A stretch of DNA of 64,000 nt from a virus. The DNA lies in the IMG/VR virus record IMGVR_UViG_3300009503_000022, positions 32,001-96,000 of that record. One strand, given 5' to 3'. The notes below the pieces were generated by a model that worked only from the letters and a program-made list of their open reading frames with translations, was not told the origin of the DNA and ran no database searches. The position numbers and the translations under genes were made by a program. This document shows positions 19,355 to 29,855 of this stretch, in pieces. Positions within the stretch are counted from its first letter, which is position 1, and the number at the start of each line of letters is the position of its first letter.

Positions 19355-20254
19355 TTATCTGCTACCAAGAATAGTAGCATAAAAACTTCTATTTCCCGGA
19401 GCATAATGTTTAACTTTAACTTCTACTGTATCACCTGTATTTATTATCAATGGTTTATAAAAATTATGTTCTATATTCATATTTGCGGCCGTAGATCTTT
19501 TACCAATAACTATATTATTATTAATATAAAGAAAATATTCACAAGCAAAAGTTCCTGTTCCTACTATTGAATCTAAATAAAATAATGACCCTGTATTAAT
19601 ATAACTTACAACAGTCGTCAATGTATTAGGTGCTACAGATAATGCTTCATCATATACTATTACATTCTGACTTGGTCTATCTTTTACACTTATTGTTTTA
19701 GTATTTAGTAAATCATATATACTATCTAAAATACTTTGTGAAACAGTATCTGGATAATCTCCAGGAAAATTACTTACTGCTATACTACTAATCCAATTCT
19801 GTATTGATACTTTTATACTATCATTTAATTTATTTAAAATCGCGTCTAAAGTTTCTTCAGTTGCTGGATTTATCTGAATTCCATTTCTGTTCTTTAATGC
19901 ACATAAACAAAGTAAATGATATTTACTATTTATTTGTTGTAAATTTAATAATCTATTTTTACCAGTTTCATCTACTCCTAAAATATAAATACCTGCAGGA
20001 TAAGGTTCTACTAAATCAGAATCTAATACAATATCTAATTTAATATTCGAATCGTCGTTATCTTCTAACTTTACAGCACCAATATTTATTTGACCTGCTT
20101 CTACAGTTGCTGATATATCTAAAGACCAAGATCCATCTGAATTTTTCTTACATTTTAACGGAATTATTTCTTTCGTACCATCTTCTTTAAGTACGTATGT
20201 CGTCAAAACAACTGGATACTGATCTGGAAAATTTTGTATTTGAGCATCTGGCAT
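19355..20254 (-). CDS. Putative virion fibre/decoration protein
   Basis: INPATEETL motif; C-terminal domain paralogous to the 18188 protein. Confidence 0.5.
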   Translation of the reverse strand: MPDAQIQNFPDQYPVVLTTYVLKEDGTKEIIPLKCKKNSDGSWSLDISATVEAGQINIGAVKLEDNDDSNIKLDIVLDSDLVEPYPAGIYILGVDETGKNRLLNLQQINSKYHLLCLCALKNRNGIQINPATEETLDAILNKLNDSIKVSIQNWISSIAVSNFPGDYPDTVSQSILDSIYDLLNTKTISVKDRPSQNVIVYDEALSVAPNTLTTVVSYINTGSLFYLDSIVGTGTFACEYFLYINNNIVIGKRSTAANMNIEHNFYKPLIINTGDTVEVKVKHYAPGNRSFYATILGSR

Positions 20255-20266
20255 TTAAATTCTCCT

Positions 20267-20938
20267 TTAAAATAATTCATAAATCGAAATTCCTAAACTT
20301 AAACCTAATCTATTTATAAAAGTTTTATCGGATAATAAATTATACGAAACTCCTGTATCTATTGAAATATTTTCTATTAAATTTAATTTCAATCCTAATT
20401 CTATATCTTGTGCTACAAAACCTTCAAATGGTAATAAAGTTGTATAAATATATCCTCCAAATAATTTATGCCCTTTAATTGTTTTAATATCTTTTTCTTT
20501 AGTAATTGTTGTATCATCTTCTTTTTTTGTTTCATCTCTTTTATCAGTAATAATAGTAGTAGAAACTGATGTCGTATTGGTTTTTGTAGCAATATCAGTT
20601 TTTATAACTGTCTTATCGTCAGCAGTTTTCTTTATTTCTTCTTTTATTAGTTTACCTGTTATTGCGTCGTATGTTTTAATAATATCTTCTTTTGTTGATA
20701 TATTTTTAAGAACATCTTGTTGTTTAGCTATTTCTTTCTTTAACTCTATTTTTGTATTTGTCAGTTCCGTTTTAATTTGACTTATTTTATCATAAAAAGA
20801 TTTAACAATTTTAGTATCTAATGTTTTTATTTCTTTTACTTCAGGTTGTTTAAATAAAGCAAAAATCATAACAATAGTAACTATTAATGCATAAATTATT
20901 CCATATTTTATCCAAAATTCTTTTAATTTTTCAATCAT
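20267..20938 (-). CDS. Membrane-anchored coiled-coil protein (spanin-like candidate)
   Basis: N-terminal TM, coiled coil, amphipathic beta C-terminus; next to a lysozyme-like gene. Confidence 0.4.
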   Translation of the reverse strand: MIEKLKEFWIKYGIIYALIVTIVMIFALFKQPEVKEIKTLDTKIVKSFYDKISQIKTELTNTKIELKKEIAKQQDVLKNISTKEDIIKTYDAITGKLIKEEIKKTADDKTVIKTDIATKTNTTSVSTTIITDKRDETKKEDDTTITKEKDIKTIKGHKLFGGYIYTTLLPFEGFVAQDIELGLKLNLIENISIDTGVSYNLLSDKTFINRLGLSLGISIYELF

Positions 20939-20942
20939 AAAT

Positions 20943-21074
20943 TCATCCTCCTTTTTTTTGAATTCTTAAAATTTTACCATTAATCATTTTTAAACCTTCA
21001 AAAGGTCTAATTGTTAAATGAACTTCCTTTTGTTTTTTATTATTATCTTTTACTTCTTGTTTTTCTTTTATCAT
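20943..21074 (-). CDS. Small hypothetical protein (43 aa)
   Basis: Manual: ATGA overlap with the upstream stop; fills the gap. Confidence 0.35.
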   Translation of the reverse strand: MIKEKQEVKDNNKKQKEVHLTIRPFEGLKMINGKILRIQKKGG

Positions 21075-21925
21075 ATCATTAATTCCTCTGGAAAAAATTG
21101 TTTAAAACAATTATAAAGAGCTTCTTGAGCTTTAATATGAGGCGTATAACGATACGCTGCCCAAGTAATAGCATTCTCTGGAATTATTACTTCTCCTTCT
21201 AAAGTAGTAATTGAAGTACCTGATTTCCATTCATTAAATCTATTATTTAAAGTCTGACAACAACCTACTATTTGATTCCTAAGACCATTAAATTTCGGAA
21301 TAATAGTACCATCGTCATAATAACCAACACCACAAGCGCCATCTAAAGGATATTTAACTCTAATAGATTTATAAAATTTAACTTCATCAACACTTTTTTT
21401 AGTTAATAAACTCTGTTCCTTTTGAAGTTTAACTAAAATTATTTTTTGATTAATATTTAAAGATTTACAAGTTTCGTTTATAATATCAGATACAGTAAAA
21501 AAGAACGTTTCGAGACTTTTATAATAATCTTCTACATTCTGACCAACTGTTTTACCATAAAGACTTGGCTTATCCCATAATTCTTTTAAAACATCATTTA
21601 AAGATTTACCAACAAAAGAATCACTCCAATATTGTTCTATAAATTCAGTAATACGATAAGAATTAAATTTATAATCGTAAAGAAAACAACCTATCTGTTT
21701 TAAATAAGTTTTAACATCAAAATTATCTAAATAACCTCTTAAACAAGAATCTGGCAATATTTTGGTTTTAGAAAATTGAAACATTTTTAACTTTTCTCCT
21801 TCTATATCTTTATCATTTTTAATCTGATTATTTTCAGATAAAATTTGTATATTATCTAATTGCTTTTCCGATGTTTTAAATAATATTTTAATTATTGTAT
21901 TAATAAATTCAATTATAAATTTCAT
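21071..21925 (-). CDS. Lysozyme-like peptidoglycan hydrolase (endolysin candidate)
   Basis: INQKIILVKLQKEQSL..GLRNQI..NAITWAAYRYTPH pattern of a lysozyme-fold family. Confidence 0.55.
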   Translation of the reverse strand: MKFIIEFINTIIKILFKTSEKQLDNIQILSENNQIKNDKDIEGEKLKMFQFSKTKILPDSCLRGYLDNFDVKTYLKQIGCFLYDYKFNSYRITEFIEQYWSDSFVGKSLNDVLKELWDKPSLYGKTVGQNVEDYYKSLETFFFTVSDIINETCKSLNINQKIILVKLQKEQSLLTKKSVDEVKFYKSIRVKYPLDGACGVGYYDDGTIIPKFNGLRNQIVGCCQTLNNRFNEWKSGTSITTLEGEVIIPENAITWAAYRYTPHIKAQEALYNCFKQFFPEELMI

Positions 21926-21939
21926 TAAATTATTCCTTT

Positions 21940-23010
21940 TTATAATTCTGCATCTACTGCATAATTCCAAGAACCATTATATGCTCCTGTATTAGTACCA
22001 TCACAAGTTATCTCACCTGTTATCCCATATTCTGTTGAACTAACTATAGCCGTTATAGATGTTCCCCAAGTTATTGGTCCTACACCAATCTTATTACCAC
22101 CTGTATAAGATAAAAGAGATACAGTAGGATTTGAAAGTCTCTTCGGAATTTTATAACTAAGCGTAAAAGGGGCAGTAGTTGCTGCTATTATTTTAGAAGA
22201 AGTTACTCCACAATATCCTCTTTCATAATATCTATAACACAAAGTCAATTCTTCTCCAAAACTTCTTGGAATAAATGTTGCTGCCGTATCTCCTGCATTT
22301 AATACAACTTGAGCTATCATAATATTATTACCAGTAGAACCTGGTCTATATGTTTCTACTACTGTATCTCCTACATAAGTTGCCCAAGTTGTATCCCACA
22401 TATAATAAAATTTTAAACCTAAAAAATCATTATTATCTGTTCCAAAAGTTTTACCAACAAGAGTATTTGTAGTAAAAGTATGAGAATATCTTACCCAATT
22501 TGAAGTTAAAACAAAATACCTTCCATTAATTATTTCTGAAGGACTTGGAGAACCTCCAGTTCCATAATATTGTTCAAGACATATACCAAGTTTTTTGTTA
22601 GGTATATCTGATTTAGCATAAAAACTTACGGTTACTTTTTTATTTGTCCCGCATAGCATTCTTGTCCCAAATTCTATTCTTTGATCTAAACTACCTCTAC
22701 CATCAGATCCAACTGTTCCAGGACCACTTGTATATAAATTAGTGTAATAAAAACTATTTGGTATTTCTCCTGGAGACAATGATTGTCTACTACGCACTAA
22801 AATTGGTAAAGAACCTCCTGTTCCTGCATTATGATAATCAAACCATCTATCTGCACAATATTGAAAAGTTGCATTTACTATATTTACAGATGTGCCTCTT
22901 TGCCAAATATCAAAATTACTATTTATTAAAAAATTTTGTTGCGGTAAATTAGATCCACCAACTGGATTTCCAACATTATCTTGAAATAAAAGATTTCCTG
23001 GAATTCTCAT
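21940..23010 (-). CDS. Tail fibre / receptor-binding protein
   Basis: NFLINSNFDIWQRGT..ADRW..ELTLCYRYYE. Confidence 0.75.
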   Translation of the reverse strand: MRIPGNLLFQDNVGNPVGGSNLPQQNFLINSNFDIWQRGTSVNIVNATFQYCADRWFDYHNAGTGGSLPILVRSRQSLSPGEIPNSFYYTNLYTSGPGTVGSDGRGSLDQRIEFGTRMLCGTNKKVTVSFYAKSDIPNKKLGICLEQYYGTGGSPSPSEIINGRYFVLTSNWVRYSHTFTTNTLVGKTFGTDNNDFLGLKFYYMWDTTWATYVGDTVVETYRPGSTGNNIMIAQVVLNAGDTAATFIPRSFGEELTLCYRYYERGYCGVTSSKIIAATTAPFTLSYKIPKRLSNPTVSLLSYTGGNKIGVGPITWGTSITAIVSSTEYGITGEITCDGTNTGAYNGSWNYAVDAEL

Positions 23011-23021
23011 TATTCTACCTC

Positions 23022-23423
23022 CTACAAATTATTGTATTCTTCTATTTTAGCATTTCTTAAAGCAATCAATTCATCTCTTTTAGCAATTATATCGGCTGTA
23101 TTTATAGTTGTATAAGTTAATAAATCTGCACAGGCATTAATTTGTTTTTGTAATTCTATAATAAAATCTCTTAATTTTATTTTATTTATAGCATTTATTT
23201 CTGGTTGTAATTCTTCTTGAGTTCTTTCTGTTATTTGACCATTTGACCATTTATATTTAAATACTCCAGGATACCCTGTAACATAAATTGGAATTGAATA
23301 ATTATCTTCATCAGCTTCACCAACTTGTATATCGCCTTCAATCGGCTGTTCTGTAGCATCACTAAAAGAATAAACTATCCTATTTTGTGCATCTATTCTT
23401 ATATATCTTTTATGTAAAGCCAT
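23022..23423 (-). CDS. Tail fibre assembly chaperone-like protein
   Basis: Paralog of 24897-25295 (YIRID..FSDA.EQPIEGD). Confidence 0.6.
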   Translation of the reverse strand: MALHKRYIRIDAQNRIVYSFSDATEQPIEGDIQVGEADEDNYSIPIYVTGYPGVFKYKWSNGQITERTQEELQPEINAINKIKLRDFIIELQKQINACADLLTYTTINTADIIAKRDELIALRNAKIEEYNNL

Positions 23424-23436
23424 TTTTATTCCTCCC

Positions 23437-24876
23437 TTATAAATAAGCACAAATCGCTCTTATAACTAAAGTTACTTCTTGATTATAAATACTCATATAA
23501 CCTATACCGCTATCTATTGCTTTTTCTATTAAATAATAAGTTGTTTTACTTGATAAATTTAAAAATTTCTTAACATATATTGCTTCTCTAATTAATGGAT
23601 CATCTCCCGCTATTTCTGTTGTAAATTCTTTATCACTTTCAGAATTATTAGAAGTTGATAAACTTATTGCAGCCGATTTTGGATTTGTATAACTATTTAT
23701 TTGCAATGCACATTTATAAGATACATCCCAAACTCCAATAGGTATAGTTATTGCAAGACTTGCTAAATTATACCAAGTTCCAGCAACAGGATTAGATTGT
23801 TCTCTAAAAATCGTATCTGTTATTTTCACTTCCCACTTTGACGGATCTAATGGAAATCCGTATGGTGCTTTTTGAGTACTAAAATATGGATTAACTATAC
23901 TTGAATTTAATAAATCATAATCTGTTCCCATATACAAAGTTAAAAGCGTATTTGGAGAAGAATAATTTACATCTGTTATAATCCCATATTGAATATAATT
24001 ACTTAATAAAGTATATTGTAAATTTTCATCTGTAGTCTCTTTTGCTACTTGTAATGCAGTATTTCCATCTAAAACTACTCCATTATACAAAGCAAAATCA
24101 TCAATATAACCATCTAAAAAATTAGTATCTGTTCCTGTTAAATTTGCACAACCTAATCTAACATAATTAGTAGATGCATAACCAGGTGCATAAGGCCAGT
24201 AAGCACTATTTTCTAAAATACCATCTACATATATACTAAGTAAATTCCCATCCCAACAACATCTTATTGTATGCCATACACCATCGCAAATATTTTTTAT
24301 TCCACTTATTGATTTATAATCTACATTTTCAATTGTTCCAGTATTCCTTCCTGATAAAAACCATACTACACCTGTAGAAGTAGCAGCAGTAACTCTAATT
24401 CCAGATACATTAGGATTTTGAGAACCTGACCAAAATATCATACTATCTGCTGTAGGAATATTACTTCTTTTAAATCTAAATTCTATTGTAAATTTACCTG
24501 TTGGTTTCCAATCAGAATGATCAGTAAATGTTATTCTATCACTAGAACTTGAAACAAAAAATAAACCTCTATCTATATAACCAACATTATTTAAAATTGC
24601 TGATCTGCTTGCTGTACCATCATGATTATTACCACTATTATCAACTAAAGTAGTTCCAGAAGTTTCGTTACATTTAAACCAAGCTTTTAAATAAGAACTT
24701 AAATCTTGATTAAACTTAACCTTCATTCCTTTAGAATATTTACTACGTAAATCAGCATTTGCAATTGAAATAACGTATGTAGGATCATCAGCACTAGAAT
24801 AAACCCAAGTTTCTTTTGCGGGTATCCATGCAATATCTGCATTTATATTATTTCTACCAACTAATGTTTCTGTCAT
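23437..24876 (-). CDS. LamG/concanavalin-domain tail protein
   Basis: AWFKCNETSGTTLVDNSGNNHDG, FTIEF, DGVWH, IYVDG, GYIDDFALYN. Confidence 0.8.
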   Translation of the reverse strand: MTETLVGRNNINADIAWIPAKETWVYSSADDPTYVISIANADLRSKYSKGMKVKFNQDLSSYLKAWFKCNETSGTTLVDNSGNNHDGTASRSAILNNVGYIDRGLFFVSSSSDRITFTDHSDWKPTGKFTIEFRFKRSNIPTADSMIFWSGSQNPNVSGIRVTAATSTGVVWFLSGRNTGTIENVDYKSISGIKNICDGVWHTIRCCWDGNLLSIYVDGILENSAYWPYAPGYASTNYVRLGCANLTGTDTNFLDGYIDDFALYNGVVLDGNTALQVAKETTDENLQYTLLSNYIQYGIITDVNYSSPNTLLTLYMGTDYDLLNSSIVNPYFSTQKAPYGFPLDPSKWEVKITDTIFREQSNPVAGTWYNLASLAITIPIGVWDVSYKCALQINSYTNPKSAAISLSTSNNSESDKEFTTEIAGDDPLIREAIYVKKFLNLSSKTTYYLIEKAIDSGIGYMSIYNQEVTLVIRAICAYL

Positions 24877-24896
24877 AACTTATCTCCTATTAAATT

Positions 24897-25295
24897 TTAT
24901 AAATTATTAAATTCCGCTATCTTACTATCTCTTTCGGCTATTAAAGCGTCTCTTTCTGCTATTATACTTGTTGTATTAACTGTTGTGTAAACTAAAAGAT
25001 TTGCACAGGCATCTATTCTTCTTTGTAAATCTATTATTTCTTGCTTTAAACCTTCTTTTCTTTTAGCATTTATTTCAGGTTGTTTTTCCTCTTGAGTTCT
25101 TTCAACAATTCCTGTTCCTTCAACCCATTTATATTTTAAAACCATATTTTCATCATAAAGTTGTAAATTATAATGCCTATTGTCACTTTCTTCTACTAAT
25201 TTATCTCCTTCTATTGGTTGCTCAAAAGCATCTGAAAAAGATTTTATCACTTTATTGTTTTCATCTATTCTTACATAGTGTTTGTAATTTGCCAT
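24897..25295 (-). CDS. Tail fibre assembly chaperone-like protein
   Basis: Paralog of 23022-23423. Confidence 0.6.
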   Translation of the reverse strand: MANYKHYVRIDENNKVIKSFSDAFEQPIEGDKLVEESDNRHYNLQLYDENMVLKYKWVEGTGIVERTQEEKQPEINAKRKEGLKQEIIDLQRRIDACANLLVYTTVNTTSIIAERDALIAERDSKIAEFNNL

Positions 25296-25349
25296 TTTAA
25301 GTACCCCCTTATCTACATCTCTCTATCTACAATAAAAAACTTTTATTTA

Positions 25350-25736
25350 TTAAAAATCATTTATCAAATAAAGACATTGATTTTTATTACATTCATCTTG
25401 TATTATTTCTTTAGCTAATTGATCTTTAGTTTTACCCTCAATACTAATATTTCTTGCTATAGCATCTGTTTGAACTTCTTCTAATGTGTGAGCTAATAAA
25501 TGTAAATAATGTAATTTTTGAGCATTTTCATCTCCTGACATAGGATAAAAGCTTATCAATTGTCCATTTGTAACTTTAACTTTTAGTGTATTTTTAATAT
25601 CATTATTTTGTAAATCTTTAGCATGTTCTAAATTTAAAACAGAAACATTGCTTTCCGATAATGGATTTGATATATCTATTTCGGCTAAATCTACAGTTAA
25701 ATTTTGTTTATCAAAATTCGTAATAGAAACTAACAT
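25350..25736 (-). CDS. Hypothetical protein
   Basis: ORF track; SD GGAGG. Confidence 0.5.
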   Translation of the reverse strand: MLVSITNFDKQNLTVDLAEIDISNPLSESNVSVLNLEHAKDLQNNDIKNTLKVKVTNGQLISFYPMSGDENAQKLHYLHLLAHTLEEVQTDAIARNISIEGKTKDQLAKEIIQDECNKNQCLYLINDF

Positions 25737-25744
25737 ATTACCTC

Positions 25745-26674
25745 CTATAATTTATATTCTGCAGACCATTCATACATTCCAATTAACCCTAAAGTTCCTG
25801 ATCCATTTATAAGAAATCTTCCATTAAAATATTCTTTATTAACATTACCAAAAGAATCAAAATAACTACCAGTTCCCGCACTATTAAAATTATATACTGT
25901 CATCGTCGGCGTTCCTGCTTTCGTAACTTTAAAATTATATCTTTGTTCTATATAAGCATAAGATCCAATACTTGGACCATAAACATAACCTAAACCTCCA
26001 CCTCCATATTCATAATACCTTTGGCAATCTGTTAAATCTTGACTCTGTAATTTAGGAATATAATTTGCAGGTTGAGAACCTATTACTAACATTGCTTCGT
26101 CTACATAAAAAGTCATTGTTACATTTGTATTGTATTCTATACCTGCCATAACTGTTGTAATACCACTATTAGGAATAGTTCTTATCACAATAAGATTTTG
26201 AAATGTGTTATCTCCAGTATGATAATTAGAATAAGATACTCCGCTTCCATCATATATATAAGCTCTAACTTTATTAGAAACACTACATTTTACTTTAATA
26301 GAAAAAGATAAAGTTTTACCTTTATATTCTTCGAATTTTTCTAATGGTTGATAAAAATTACCAACTGCCGTTCCTGTAGTTGGAATTACAATCTTAGCAC
26401 TATATTTACCTGAAACAAAATTACCAGAACTACTTTCTTGTGAAATATTAGGTGCTGTTGCTCCTGGTTCATTATGAGTTTTCCACATATCAACTGTATA
26501 ATTTCCATCTGCTACATTATTAAAAATAGTTCCTCTCTGCCATATCTCAAATCCACCATTAATTAGTATATTAGAAGGTTGAGCAAGAGGTATTTGAGAA
26601 GATGCAATATAATCACTACTTCCTATTTCTCTTATTATTCCATCACTACTATAAACTGTTTTTCTTTCTACCAT
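25745..26674 (-). CDS. Tail fibre / receptor-binding protein
   Basis: NILINGGFEIWQRGT..DLTDCQRYYE; paralog of the 21940 protein. Confidence 0.75.
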   Translation of the reverse strand: MVERKTVYSSDGIIREIGSSDYIASSQIPLAQPSNILINGGFEIWQRGTIFNNVADGNYTVDMWKTHNEPGATAPNISQESSSGNFVSGKYSAKIVIPTTGTAVGNFYQPLEKFEEYKGKTLSFSIKVKCSVSNKVRAYIYDGSGVSYSNYHTGDNTFQNLIVIRTIPNSGITTVMAGIEYNTNVTMTFYVDEAMLVIGSQPANYIPKLQSQDLTDCQRYYEYGGGGLGYVYGPSIGSYAYIEQRYNFKVTKAGTPTMTVYNFNSAGTGSYFDSFGNVNKEYFNGRFLINGSGTLGLIGMYEWSAEYKL

Positions 26675-26689
26675 ATTAAACTCCTTTTA

Positions 26690-29600
26690 TTATGCTAAAA
26701 CTGTATATATATTATTAAAGTTAAAAACTACAGTAGTTGTATTTTTAGCATATCCTACAATTTGAACTACTTTACCAGAACCGCTTGGGGGAGTCTGCGT
26801 TAAACTTCCTGATGCTGACACATAAATTTTTCCACCTACTGTCCAATTCCAACTTGGATTACTTACTTCTCCAATAATTAAAGCATCACCAGTATTACCT
26901 ACTGCTAAATTTGTTAACATTATTCCACAAGCAGGCATTGTAGATTCTGAATTTGAATCGGCTTTACCATATTCGTCAGAATTAGTAGTTTTATAAATTA
27001 CATCATAAGTACTTAATCCACCTGTAGCAGCTTTAACCTTAATCGTAACATCACTTCTACCAGAACTACCTGTAATACAAATTACAGTTCCTGATTCTGG
27101 ACTTGCAAATGTTATAGTTAACTGATTAGTTGAATTATGTACTATTGAATTAGGTATTATAACAGCATTATTATTATCTATAACTTGAACTTGTGGATAA
27201 GCATTTAAATTATGATTAACTACTACAGTCGTTTGATTTGTAAATGATGTTTCTACTCTATTAGTCGAAGTTCCTACCATTACTCTAAATGTAACTTTTT
27301 CTCCAGCAATTCTACCAGTATTAAATGTTACTCTTGTTGAACTAGTTTCTACATAATCATCATTTACTCTTTTCAAAATACCATCACAAAATACTTGTAA
27401 ACTATTATCACCTTGTTGATAACTAAATGGTAAATCGAATACAGTTTGTCCTTCTGTTGCTATAAATGCTGCATATCTTGGTAAAACTCCTACTGTCCCT
27501 CCTGCTCCTCCACCACCAAGATTTAAAAACATACGAACATCTTTAATGTCATTTTCGTCTATTACTACTGTTCCCGTCTCTGTAATTGTAATTTCTGCTA
27601 ATACTTGTTTATTTGTAGGATAATTTTCTGGTAATGGTGAAGAATTTTCTGTTCCTGCTATCCTACTTAATACTCCTGCATCGTCAATACATAATAAATC
27701 AATTCTTGGATTTGTTGTAACAGGAGGAAATATAGGCGAATCTCCACCTGTAAATGTAACAGAACCAGTACCATCTGATTTAACAAATGTTCCCGGTCTA
27801 ACTGTAACTTTATTATCAGGAGTAGTTCTTGGAACTACTTTTAATTCATCAGTATTTCGTATATTAAGTCTTTTTAAATTAGACGAATCTGCACTACTTA
27901 TTAAACCATTAATATTTAAATTTCCTCCAACTATCAAATTATCGTCTGTTTTTAATGTATTTGCACTATCTCTATATAAATTAGTATCATTTTGCCAAAT
28001 AATTTTATTATTTCCTACAAACAAAAGATCTAAATCTACAAAATCTACTTCTCCAACTCCATTCTTTTTTCTAAAATAAGAATAACCATAAATATTTGCA
28101 TTACCATCATTTACTACTAATCCATTTTGAGCTATAATTTGACCATTTGCGATTATGTCATATTGAACTTCAAAATTATCATCTGTTTTTAATGTATCTG
28201 CAGCAGAACGATATAATTTAACATCAGCAGAAGAACCATAATAAATAGCTCCTTCTTCAAGATAAATATTAGCTCCATGCGTTGCAATTCCACTATCAGC
28301 ATTAATTATTCCTCCCATATAAAGAGAATTTAAATACATTCTTCCTGTCGATAAACCAGGAACACCATCTATTATATCTCTATATAAATTAACATCACTA
28401 CCAAATCTTAAAGGATATGTTACACTACTATCTTGTAACGTAACTAATCCTCTTATTGTAGTTGTATTTGTATTACCACTTCCTAATATACTATTACCAT
28501 TAACAGTTAATGTTAATCCAACTATTAAATTATCATCTGTCTTTAATGTATCGCTTCCATTACGATAAAGAATAATATCATCTGTTGAGCCAAAATATAT
28601 CGCAGCATTATCATTTTTTAAACGAATTATCCCAGTAGGGTTAACTATAACTTCTCCTGAAGAATATAAATTTCCATTAACATTTAAAGTATCATCTATT
28701 TTTAATACATTTGCACTTTCACGATATAAATCTACATCTGCTCCAAGTTTTAAAGTATGTGTTCCATCACTATCTATTAAAACAAGTGATCCTTTTATAG
28801 TTGTAGTATTTGAAATTGCATTCCCTAAAATTATAGTACCTGTAGCACTAAATATTGTATCATTTATAACTACATTTCCCCCTATAGATAATATATTTAA
28901 ACCATCTAACCAAATTTTAACACCAGGATTTCCTGAATAAAATAATTGAATTTCTCCATTATTTGTTAAATATAACTTAGTTGAACCCGCTACATCAAAA
29001 TACATATAATTATTAGTATGATTTATCCCTATTCTACCAATTGTAGCATTATCCGTATCTCCAAAATATAAATTAGAAAATCCTGAATTTCCTGCAATTA
29101 TACTAATAGAAGCTGATTTTCCAGAAGTTTCTGAATTATTTACTATAAAATCATCATCGGTTTTTAATATATTTTCTGCAAAACGATATAAATTAACATC
29201 GCTGTCAGTACCAAAATAAATAATACTATTATTTGATGCTAAATATAAATTATTTCCTATAACAAAAGAATCGTCTGTTTTTAAAACATTAACATTATTT
29301 CTATACAGATTAACATCATATAAATTCGAACCATCATACCACTCTATCTTACCATCATTTGTTATTCTCAATTTTATAGAATTTTCTGTTCCATTCCAAG
29401 TTCTAAAATAAGTATATCCTGTCGAACCAAATGTTATATAATTATCGTGATTACTACCATAATCAAATAAAATATCTCCATACGATCCAATATGCAAACT
29501 AGCAATCGGATTTACTTTTATACCAAGTTTACCATCTTTATCAAATACTAAAAATAAATTACTATTTTCGTCAATTATATTGATAATATTTCCAGTTTGA

Positions 29601-29830
29601 TTAGTAATTCTCTTTAAATTAAGCGTATTATCACCAATAATTTCAGATAAAATAGTGCTTTTAATAGATAATGTATTTGAAACATTACTTCCTAAAACTA
29701 AATTTCTCGCTAATTTAGAACTTACAACTGCATTATCTTGTATTTCAGAAGTCCCTACAGAATTAGATGCAAGATCAACATCTAATATTACATCTAACCC
29801 AATATCAGAACTTTGTATTTGAGTTAACAT
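26690..29830 (-). CDS. Long tail fibre protein with D-x-x-LYR..LKTDD repeats
   Basis: Seven repeat copies, NPRIDL motif, HNLN..P.VQV domains. Confidence 0.75.
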   Translation of the reverse strand: MLTQIQSSDIGLDVILDVDLASNSVGTSEIQDNAVVSSKLARNLVLGSNVSNTLSIKSTILSEIIGDNTLNLKRITNQTGNIINIIDENSNLFLVFDKDGKLGIKVNPIASLHIGSYGDILFDYGSNHDNYITFGSTGYTYFRTWNGTENSIKLRITNDGKIEWYDGSNLYDVNLYRNNVNVLKTDDSFVIGNNLYLASNNSIIYFGTDSDVNLYRFAENILKTDDDFIVNNSETSGKSASISIIAGNSGFSNLYFGDTDNATIGRIGINHTNNYMYFDVAGSTKLYLTNNGEIQLFYSGNPGVKIWLDGLNILSIGGNVVINDTIFSATGTIILGNAISNTTTIKGSLVLIDSDGTHTLKLGADVDLYRESANVLKIDDTLNVNGNLYSSGEVIVNPTGIIRLKNDNAAIYFGSTDDIILYRNGSDTLKTDDNLIVGLTLTVNGNSILGSGNTNTTTIRGLVTLQDSSVTYPLRFGSDVNLYRDIIDGVPGLSTGRMYLNSLYMGGIINADSGIATHGANIYLEEGAIYYGSSADVKLYRSAADTLKTDDNFEVQYDIIANGQIIAQNGLVVNDGNANIYGYSYFRKKNGVGEVDFVDLDLLFVGNNKIIWQNDTNLYRDSANTLKTDDNLIVGGNLNINGLISSADSSNLKRLNIRNTDELKVVPRTTPDNKVTVRPGTFVKSDGTGSVTFTGGDSPIFPPVTTNPRIDLLCIDDAGVLSRIAGTENSSPLPENYPTNKQVLAEITITETGTVVIDENDIKDVRMFLNLGGGGAGGTVGVLPRYAAFIATEGQTVFDLPFSYQQGDNSLQVFCDGILKRVNDDYVETSSTRVTFNTGRIAGEKVTFRVMVGTSTNRVETSFTNQTTVVVNHNLNAYPQVQVIDNNNAVIIPNSIVHNSTNQLTITFASPESGTVICITGSSGRSDVTIKVKAATGGLSTYDVIYKTTNSDEYGKADSNSESTMPACGIMLTNLAVGNTGDALIIGEVSNPSWNWTVGGKIYVSASGSLTQTPPSGSGKVVQIVGYAKNTTTVVFNFNNIYTVLA

Positions 29831-29855
29831 AAATTATTCCTCCAATTAATTTTTT

